From a virus, in IMG/VR virus record IMGVR_UViG_3300050821_007764, positions 1 through 64,000 of that record: DNA of 64,000 nucleotides; one strand, given 5' to 3'. The notes below the pieces were generated by a model. The model was given only the letters and a program-made list of their open reading frames with translations. It was not told the DNA's origin and ran no database searches. Positions 54,315-60,553 of this stretch are shown in pieces. Position 1 is the first letter of the stretch. The number at the start of each line of letters is the position of its first letter. Both the position numbers and the translations under genes were made by a program.

Positions 54315-55052
54315 ATGACCAGTCCCATGCTCAGCCAGATGATCGCGGTACGGAAGGGCCTCAAACTCCGCACCGCCGCCGCCGTGGACGTGATCTACAA
54401 GGATCTCCAGAAGGCCGCACTCTACGCAGGCTTGACCCGCACGTACAAGCCCAAGGCCGAGGACGGCGACAAACTCCCCCCGGAGTACACCAACGTCCAG
54501 AAGTCCGTCGAAGCATCCCTGCGTGCAATCGCGGACGAATGGACGAAGCTCCTTGACGTCGAGCTGACCGTGGACGAAGGCAACACCCACGCACGCGGGC
54601 GCGTCATCGTGGACGGCGAGGAACTGTTCAGCGCGCCGCCGACGTTCCTCCTTACCGTCGAGAAGAAGCTGATCGACGTCCGCACGGCCTTCTCCAAGGT
54701 CCCCGTCCTGGACCCGGCCGTCCGCTGGGAGCCGGACACCACCGGAAATGCCACGTGGCGCTCCGTCCCGGAAGAGACCACCCGCAGCAAGAAGGTGCTC
54801 CGGAACCACGTCAAGGCCGAGGCCACCGAGAAGCACCCGGCCCAGGTGGAAACGTACAGTGCGGACGAGATCGTCGGCACGTGGGAGCTGACCAAGTTCT
54901 CCGGGGCCGTCAGCGCGGACACCCGCAGTCACCTGCTCCAGCGCGTCAACACCCTCATCGACGCTGTACGACACGCCATCGAGGAGGCCAACTCCACCCT
55001 GGTTGAGCAGCAGCACGTCGGCGAGACGGTCTTCGCCTACCTGCTGGGGTAA
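54315..55052 (+). CDS. conserved hypothetical protein (recalled as a family also present in Streptomyces chromosomes)
   Basis: LSQMIAV.KG.K; RTYKPK..DG..LPPE; EATEKHPAQV; KFSGA; EEAN. Confidence 0.85.
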   Translation: MTSPMLSQMIAVRKGLKLRTAAAVDVIYKDLQKAALYAGLTRTYKPKAEDGDKLPPEYTNVQKSVEASLRAIADEWTKLLDVELTVDEGNTHARGRVIVDGEELFSAPPTFLLTVEKKLIDVRTAFSKVPVLDPAVRWEPDTTGNATWRSVPEETTRSKKVLRNHVKAEATEKHPAQVETYSADEIVGTWELTKFSGAVSADTRSHLLQRVNTLIDAVRHAIEEANSTLVEQQHVGETVFAYLLG

Positions 55053-55154
55053 ACTCCGCTGGTCGACATCGCGGTAACGACGAAGGGGATGAGGACAGGC
55101 GATGATTGGTCCTCCCCACTCTGGCCAGATCCTCTTCGTGACCAGTTCAAGACC

Positions 55155-55231
55155 GGTGTTCCGGGTTCACAGACCCTACTAAGAAGCGGGTCGAGGATGG
55201 CTGAATCTCCTCATTGACCGCCTGGAACACC
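55155..55231 (+). ncRNA. structured RNA motif, copy 2 (CCCTACTAAGA element)
   Basis: 11-bp closing stem; shared core with 53447-53523. Confidence 0.65.
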
Positions 55232-55274
55232 CCCAAAGACTCCCGGTTTGAGCGACCGGGTGCCCGTGAGGGCA

Positions 55275-55640
55275 AAGTTGAAGCACAAGCTGAAACTGAT
55301 GGAGCAACCTCGTTCAACGTGCAGGTTCGATCCCTGCCCGGGGCTCTGTGCCCATGCCTGTCGACGTCAGACATGGGCACGCGCACTTCCTCTGCTTGGA
55401 CACGGCAGAGGAAGTGCACCCGCCCCGGTGGCCCAAATGGTAGAGGCGTTCGAGGGCCATGAAGCTGAAGCTCTCGCTCCAACATGAAACAACAGCGCCA
55501 AACCCGTAATCGACGAGACCAGCACTACAGTGGGAGAATGGCGGTTCGAATCCGTTCCTGGGCACTCCGAGCCCGGGTGGCCGTAATGGGAACGGCAGCC
55601 TGCTTTGAAGCTGAAACTGGTCCGACAGTGTACGGGCGAG
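55275..55640 (+). ncRNA. ncRNA with two circularly permuted tRNA-like domains and AAGCUGAA repeats
   Basis: T arm, acceptor, D arm order at 55321-55447 and 55540-55597. Confidence 0.75.
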
Positions 55641-55649
55641 GGTGCAGTG

Positions 55650-55722
55650 ATATTGGTAGCGCATTTGGCAGCGCGTCAGCCTCAAAAGCTGAAGGTAGCG
55701 GGTTCGAATCCCGCCCAACACA
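55650..55722 (+). tRNA. atypical tRNA with CAA anticodon, short variable loop, imperfect acceptor stem
   Basis: TCAGC-CTCAAAA-GCTGA; AGGTA; GCGGG-TTCGAAT-CCCGC. Confidence 0.6.
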
Positions 55723-55766
55723 AAACTCTATTGGGGGCGTAGGATGGTGATTCCTACGCCCCTCCA

Positions 55767-55839
55767 GGTTCCGTAGCTCAGTGGACAGAGCATCGCCCTT
55801 CTAAGGCGACGGTCGCTGGTTCGAATCCAGCCGGTCCCA
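55767..55839 (+). tRNA. tRNA-Arg(TCT), two acceptor mismatches
   Basis: TCGCC-CTTCTAA-GGCGA; GGTTCCG/CGGTCCC. Confidence 0.85.
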
Positions 55840-55957
55840 CGGTCGTTCAGGTGGTCCTAGGCCACCATCCTGAACACCCGCACAGTTCATGAACGAAGCC
55901 CTGGAGCAGTGGCCACTGCTATGATGGGGTGGACAAGTCCTCTCTTCTGTGCGTCAT

Positions 55958-56030
55958 ACGCTTATAGCTCAATCGGCAGAGCAGCCGACTGTTAATCGGC
56001 AGGTTCCTGGTTCGAATCCAGGTAGGCGTG
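55958..56030 (+). tRNA. tRNA-Asn(GTT)
   Basis: GCCGA-CTGTTAA-TCGGC; G73. Confidence 0.92.
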
Positions 56031-56111
56031 CGTAAGGGTCCAGTACGCAGGAAACTGCGTAGGTCATGTGATTCGTTGGCCGGGGAGCAGGAGATTTGGT
56101 ACCCTGCAATT

Positions 56112-56185
56112 CACGATGTAGCTCAGCTCGGTAGAGCACCACCCTGATAAGGTGTAGGTCCCTGGTTCAAATCCAGGCGTCGTGA
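56112..56185 (+). tRNA. tRNA-Ile(GAT)
   Basis: loop CTGATAA. Confidence 0.9.
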
Positions 56186-56277
56186 CTGGTCTCTTTCTCA
56201 CAGCATCGGGGCGAGACCAGGCGCAGTCGGTGAGCTTGGCGGCTCGCAGTACCGGCTGCGCCACAACTTCATACCGA

Positions 56278-56362
56278 GGAGAGCTGGCCGAGTGGCCGAA
56301 GGCGTCCGTCTCGAAAACGGAATCGGGTAACACCGACGGGAGTTCAAATCTCCCGCTCTCCG
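56278..56362 (+). tRNA. tRNA-Ser(CGA)
   Basis: loop CTCGAAA, long variable arm, G73. Confidence 0.92.
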
Positions 56363-56464
56363 CAAGCTGGACAGCCAGCTGACCGACCGTTGGCCACTGT
56401 GGCAGGTGGTCTCCAGAGCCGGGAGGTCAGCCCCTGCGGGGAAGCATGGCTGTCCAGCCGCCAC

Positions 56465-56548
56465 GGAGGGCTGGCCGAGAGGCTTAAGGCGCGGCACTGC
56501 TAATGCCGTGGGGTAACACCCACGTGGGTTCGAATCCCACGCTCTCCG
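56465..56548 (+). tRNA. tRNA-Ser(GCT)
   Basis: loop CTGCTAA, long variable arm, G73. Confidence 0.92.
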
Positions 56549-56549
56549 C

Positions 56550-56885
56550 ATGGAACTGCAAGAACAGCTCAAGCGGGATCTCACGTGGCTCGAAACGTGG
56601 ATCCAGCAGCACCCCAAGACCCGGGCCGCACAGCACCTGGCACCCGTCCTGGACGCCTACAAGGAACTCGCCGAAGCGCACCAACCGGCCGAGGAAGGCG
56701 TACCGCTGGCGGAGACCGCCCAGAAGTACATCCGGCTCAGCAGTGAGATCGTCAGCCTCGTACCGGCCGGATCCGTCTTCGAGGCCAGCATCACCGACCG
56801 GGAAGTACTCGCCGCCAACTTCGTCCAGCACCTCTACCGCAGCCACACCCTCGGCTGCGTAGAATGCTTCGGTGGACGCCATTGA
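56550..56885 (+). CDS. hypothetical protein
   Basis: codon bias; ATG immediately after tRNA-Ser. Confidence 0.6.
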   Translation: MELQEQLKRDLTWLETWIQQHPKTRAAQHLAPVLDAYKELAEAHQPAEEGVPLAETAQKYIRLSSEIVSLVPAGSVFEASITDREVLAANFVQHLYRSHTLGCVECFGGRH

Positions 56886-57357
56886 GTTCGACGAGCTGGA
56901 ACGCCTCAAAGCCAAGATCAAGATTTTGAAGGGCTCCCTGACGCGCAACCTCCTGCGGGCCATCGCCTTCCGGATCGAAGAGGTCTACCCGGAGGCCACC
57001 CGCGCGCACATCGTCCAGTACCCGGACAACGTCTACCGGTGCTGGGCCCTGTCCAAGGGCAAGCAGTGGGTGACCGTCTGCGAAAATGACGTCGCCCCCA
57101 CCTGGACCAGCATGAACCTGGACCAGGACATCGACCTCATCGTCCGCCTCGGCTGGTCCCCCCGGATCCGCACCTACACCCGTACGGACGGTGTGGAGGT
57201 ACACTCGCTGGCGTTGAGGACATGGGACGCAGAGAAGGAGCGCAGGGATGTCGGAGACTGGCGGACCAATCGTCTGGGTCAAGTACAAGTACCTGGCCCC
57301 CAAGAGCAGCGGCCGGTACAAGGGCAACAGCAACGGCAGCGCACTGAAGAAGCGTGA
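56872..57357 (+). CDS. hypothetical protein
   Basis: codon bias; 3' part overlaps next ORF. Confidence 0.6.
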   Translation: MDAIEFDELERLKAKIKILKGSLTRNLLRAIAFRIEEVYPEATRAHIVQYPDNVYRCWALSKGKQWVTVCENDVAPTWTSMNLDQDIDLIVRLGWSPRIRTYTRTDGVEVHSLALRTWDAEKERRDVGDWRTNRLGQVQVPGPQEQRPVQGQQQRQRTEEA

Positions 57358-57466
57358 AGGACAGCGCCGGAAGTCCCCGCAGCCGCCGTCCGAGTTCGAG
57401 ACGGTGATGGTGCTCAAGAAGACGGGGAAGGTCGGGTGGATCTCCCGGCGGAAGACCGGAAAGTAA
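57248..57466 (+). CDS. small basic protein
   Basis: AAGGAG RBS, ATG. Confidence 0.6.
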   Translation: MSETGGPIVWVKYKYLAPKSSGRYKGNSNGSALKKREGQRRKSPQPPSEFETVMVLKKTGKVGWISRRKTGK

Positions 57467-57518
57467 TCACGAGGGTGCTTCCTTTCCTTTTCCCCGGCAT
57501 TATGCCTATATTGGGTCC

Positions 57519-58178
57519 GTGAACGATCGACCAGACCCAGGCGGGGTCCGGGCCAGCCTCCTGGAGGCAACCCGGACCTCGTGGCGTTTGTCCGAGCACC
57601 TCGAATCCGTCATCGCAGAACGCACCACGCCACCCCCAGGTCCCAGTGGCGGCAAGCGCAAACCCGGCTCCACCGCCCCCTGGAACGCCCCCGCAGCCAG
57701 TCTGATATTCGACCTCCGCCTTCTCGCCAGGCACCTCGAAGAAGATCTCCGGCTCCGTGTCACTGGAGGCCGTGTGACCCGGGGAACCAGCGACCGTAAT
57801 ACATGGCTCTCCCTCAAAGCCCTCACCGAGCTGTCCGTCATGGCACAGGACTCGGACGTCGCCGTCGCCCTGTCCCAGCTAGGAGGATGGCTCGAACGCG
57901 CCCGCCCGGCCGTCGGCGAGACTGAGCCACTGCGCCGCGTACCGCGTGTTCCCGGCTACGTGGAACCACGCTGCCCGTGGTGCCAGTACTGCACCTTGCG
58001 CTGCAAGCTCGCCGCCGGGCTTCTGTTCTGCATCAATCCTTCGTGTACAGACGAGGATGGCAGGCGACCGCAGGGGATTATCGAGGTCGGTATGGTCATT
58101 ACGGATGTTTTCCTGCGCTGGCAGGACAGCACGTACGGCATGCCGCAGTACACCGTGCAGGAGGTGTATGCGGCGTGA
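57519..58178 (+). CDS. hypothetical protein with zinc ribbon (possible late regulator)
   Basis: PPGPS..PPW-like motif; CPWC..C..C. Confidence 0.7.
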   Translation: MNDRPDPGGVRASLLEATRTSWRLSEHLESVIAERTTPPPGPSGGKRKPGSTAPWNAPAASLIFDLRLLARHLEEDLRLRVTGGRVTRGTSDRNTWLSLKALTELSVMAQDSDVAVALSQLGGWLERARPAVGETEPLRRVPRVPGYVEPRCPWCQYCTLRCKLAAGLLFCINPSCTDEDGRRPQGIIEVGMVITDVFLRWQDSTYGMPQYTVQEVYAA

Positions 58179-58447
58179 CGAAAGGCTGGACGTCGATCGG
58201 CCTGAAAACGGTCGGCGACGACGACGCGCTGTGGACCGCCTCGGAGGCCGCTGTCCTGCTCGGTCCGCCTGATCTGAGCCCAGACGAGGTGCGGCACCTG
58301 ATACGGCTCTTCAGCATCGAACCGGCCGGAAAGCGCCGGACGACAGGCCACGGCATCGCAGGGCGGCATGCGAGGGTGTACCGGGCCAGTGAGCTTATTG
58401 AGGCGTACGACAGGCTCTCCAGGGGCGTCGGAAGGGGGATGCAGTGA
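58175..58447 (+). CDS. small HTH-like protein
   Basis: LWTASEAAVLLG..VYRASELI. Confidence 0.65.
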   Translation: MTKGWTSIGLKTVGDDDALWTASEAAVLLGPPDLSPDEVRHLIRLFSIEPAGKRRTTGHGIAGRHARVYRASELIEAYDRLSRGVGRGMQ

Positions 58448-58980
58448 GGGTCACGTTCGACTGGGAGTTCCTGGACGATGACGGTGAGCGGATTCACCCC
58501 ATCTCCCTGGGAATGGTGCGTGAGGACGGCACCGAGTACTACGCCATCAACCAGGACATGCCGTTCGGGCCGATCTCCCGGAATGCGTGGCTGATGCAGA
58601 ACGTCATGCCATCCCTACCGGTTCGTACCGGGCACAACGACCCATGGGACCGGGAGCACCCCGATTTCATCCACGTGAAGCCGAAGAACCAGATCCGTCA
58701 GGAAGTACTCCATTTCCTGATGCAGACCCCGTCCCCAAGTCTGTGGGCGTGGTTCGCGGCGTACGACTTCGTACTCTTCGCGCAGTTATTCGGCCGCATG
58801 CTGGATATCCCGGTCGGGCTTCCACAACGCACCAACGACATCGCGCAGGAGTGGGAGAGCCTCGGGTACCCGCGCCTGCCGGAGCAGCCGCACGGGAATC
58901 ACAACGCTTTGCAGGACGCCCGATTCAACCTCGTTCGGCTGCTTTGGCTCGATCAGATCGCCAAGGAAGGAAAAGAATGA
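58444..58980 (+). CDS. DEDDh 3'-5' exoribonuclease (RNase AS / Rv2179c-like)
   Basis: FDWEFLDD, ISLGMV.EDG.EYYA, WAWFAAYDFV, HNALQDAR. Confidence 0.9.
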   Translation: MRVTFDWEFLDDDGERIHPISLGMVREDGTEYYAINQDMPFGPISRNAWLMQNVMPSLPVRTGHNDPWDREHPDFIHVKPKNQIRQEVLHFLMQTPSPSLWAWFAAYDFVLFAQLFGRMLDIPVGLPQRTNDIAQEWESLGYPRLPEQPHGNHNALQDARFNLVRLLWLDQIAKEGKE

Positions 58981-59243
58981 AACCGACTGTCGGCCGAATC
59001 GTCAACTACGTTAGTGCTGGAAGCGCGGACGGAACCTATCCATCAGTTTGCCGCGCCGCGATTGTCACCGCCGTACTGGACTGCAAGCACGGCAGGGAAT
59101 CCTGTGTTTCCCTGACGGTATTCAATCCAGAGGGGCTGCACTTCAATATGCACGTGCAGTACAACAACGATCGATCGCCCCTCAAGGCAAGACGTCAGAC
59201 GTGGCACTGGCCCGAGCGGGAGCCGGAGGAGCACAACCTGTGA
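58977..59243 (+). CDS. conserved phage-type hypothetical protein
   Basis: MKPTVGRIVNYV..CRAAIVT..TWHWPER. Confidence 0.8.
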   Translation: MKPTVGRIVNYVSAGSADGTYPSVCRAAIVTAVLDCKHGRESCVSLTVFNPEGLHFNMHVQYNNDRSPLKARRQTWHWPEREPEEHNL

Positions 59244-59461
59244 GCCTCAAAGCAGCCCCGCACGACCTGGCCGAGCAGCCGGTCTACGGAACCCCGCGCA
59301 CCACTCCTTACGTCCTGCTGTGTCACGCCACGTTGAACTTCTGCGGCCGGACCTGGGTCGCCAACACCATGGACCAGTACGACGAGTACCTCAAGCAGCG
59401 TGAAGCCCACGAGGTCTTCTGCGGCACCGCACAGCAGCACAACCTCAAACTCCCCCTCTAG
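59240..59461 (+). CDS. hypothetical protein
   Basis: GGAGGAG RBS, GTGA overlap. Confidence 0.65.
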   Translation: MSLKAAPHDLAEQPVYGTPRTTPYVLLCHATLNFCGRTWVANTMDQYDEYLKQREAHEVFCGTAQQHNLKLPL

Positions 59462-59469
59462 GAGAATCC

Positions 59470-59910
59470 ATGAGCATCGCCGGTTCCATATCCAAGTTCC
59501 TGCACCGCACCAGGACGGACGCTGCTTCCACCGAGGAAGAGCTGAAGAAGGTCGTCGAAGCCGTCCGGCCCGAGGTCTCCAGCCTCAAGACCCAGGTGAT
59601 CTCCGCCGTGGGCCTGGACCTCGCCCACGTCTCCACCGACGTGAAGAACGCCCTGGAGGTTCTCTCCTACGACCACAAGGCGGACATCGCCGGAGTGGTC
59701 ACCACGATGGAGACGTCCTTCGCGGACATCTTCAAGCGGTTCGATGACATCAAGGACCAGCTGGAGGCGCTGCGGGCAGACACAGCCAGCAAGACGGCAT
59801 CCGCCCGTAAGACGGTGGCCAAGACTGCCGCTGCCGCCACGGCTGCGGCTACAGCTGCTCCGGCCGCTAAGGCTGTTGCAGCACCAGTCAAGGACGCGCC
59901 AGGGAAGTAG
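59470..59910 (+). CDS. hypothetical protein with Ala/Lys-rich tail
   Basis: AGGAG RBS. Confidence 0.75.
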   Translation: MSIAGSISKFLHRTRTDAASTEEELKKVVEAVRPEVSSLKTQVISAVGLDLAHVSTDVKNALEVLSYDHKADIAGVVTTMETSFADIFKRFDDIKDQLEALRADTASKTASARKTVAKTAAAATAAATAAPAAKAVAAPVKDAPGK

Positions 59911-59911
59911 C

Positions 59912-59941
59912 TTGTAGACGCACCGTGAGCACGTGTAGTGT
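59912..59941 (+). promoter_or_regulatory. promoter for the Y-RNA/Ro60 unit
   Basis: TTGTAG-N18-TAGTGT just before RNA unit 1. Confidence 0.55.
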
Positions 59942-59950
59942 CAGAGACGT

Positions 59951-60096
59951 CGGAAGGGCCGGGGTACAGAATCCGGTTACTTCATTTGAATGATAATCAA
60001 AGGTTATGGGTTCGAGTCCCATCGGGTCCACTTGTGGGCCTGTAGCTCAATTGGCAGAGAAACGTGCCCGGTTTCGCTTTGATATCGTCCCTTCCG
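59951..60096 (+). ncRNA. YrlA-like Y RNA 1, permuted tRNA with Ile(GAT) anticodon loop
   Basis: closing CGGAAGGG/CCCTTCCG; TTTGA-ATGATAA-TCAAA; T arm, looped acceptor, D arm. Confidence 0.8.
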
Positions 60097-60110
60097 TCAC
60101 AGACTTCCTC

Positions 60111-60243
60111 TCAGGTGTACAGGTAGCGGTTACTTCCCTCTGCAAAAGGAGAGACGCGGGTTCGAATCCCGTCCGGCCCTCTACGGGTCGGTTGCGTAGC
60201 GGCCTAACGCGCTTAATGTTCCTGCTTCCGCTTTGAAATCTGA
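60111..60243 (+). ncRNA. YrlA-like Y RNA 2, permuted tRNA with Cys(GCA) anticodon loop
   Basis: CCT-CTGCAAA-AGG; GCGGG-TTCGAAT-CCCGT; CCGGCCC/GGGTCGG; D arm. Confidence 0.8.
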
Positions 60244-60261
60244 CTGGCACAACTTCATACA

Positions 60262-60402
60262 CTGCCTGGTGTACAGGAGACGGTTACTTCCCCTTTGGAG
60301 GGAGAGGTCGCGGGTTCAAGTCCCGCCTGGCTGGGGAAACCGGCCGGTAGCTCAGTTGGTTAGAGCGCTCACGTTCCCGTCCCCGCTTTTGAAATCAGGC
60401 AG
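60262..60402 (+). ncRNA. YrlA-like Y RNA 3, permuted tRNA with Gln(TTG) anticodon loop
   Basis: TTCCC-CTTTGGA-GGGAG, AGGTC, T arm, CTGGCTG/CGGCCGG, TAGCTCAGTTGGTTAGAGC. Confidence 0.82.
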
Positions 60403-60405
60403 GTT

Positions 60406-60515
60406 GCAGGAGCCGCTTCCGGTGTACTGCACGCGGATACTTCACCTTTGTTTCTGGTACAAAATAGTGAGAGTCTTCCCCCCGCGTGTGCTTCGATATC
60501 GGAGACGGCTCCTGC
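60406..60515 (+). ncRNA. Y RNA-like unit 4, scaffold plus lone Gln(CTG) anticodon hairpin
   Basis: same GGTGTAC..TACTTC / GCTTCGATATC scaffold; TTTGT-TTCTGGT-ACAAA. Confidence 0.72.
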
Positions 60516-60553
60516 TTGATATCGGCACCCACCGGTGTAGGAAAGGAACAGAG

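Noticed and set aside
57248-57357. 110-nt overlap between two + strand ORFs as a programmed frameshift
   Set aside because: No slippery site seen; the downstream ORF has its own RBS, so stop-codon drift is simpler
59951-60515. CRISPR array or ordinary tRNA genes
   Set aside because: Repeats are degenerate structured scaffolds, not identical repeats with unique spacers; tRNA arms are in permuted order with no free acceptor end; no cas genes
60233-60553. 107-aa N-terminal extension of the TROVE ORF
   Set aside because: Overlaps Y RNA units; strong RBS precedes the ATG at 60554
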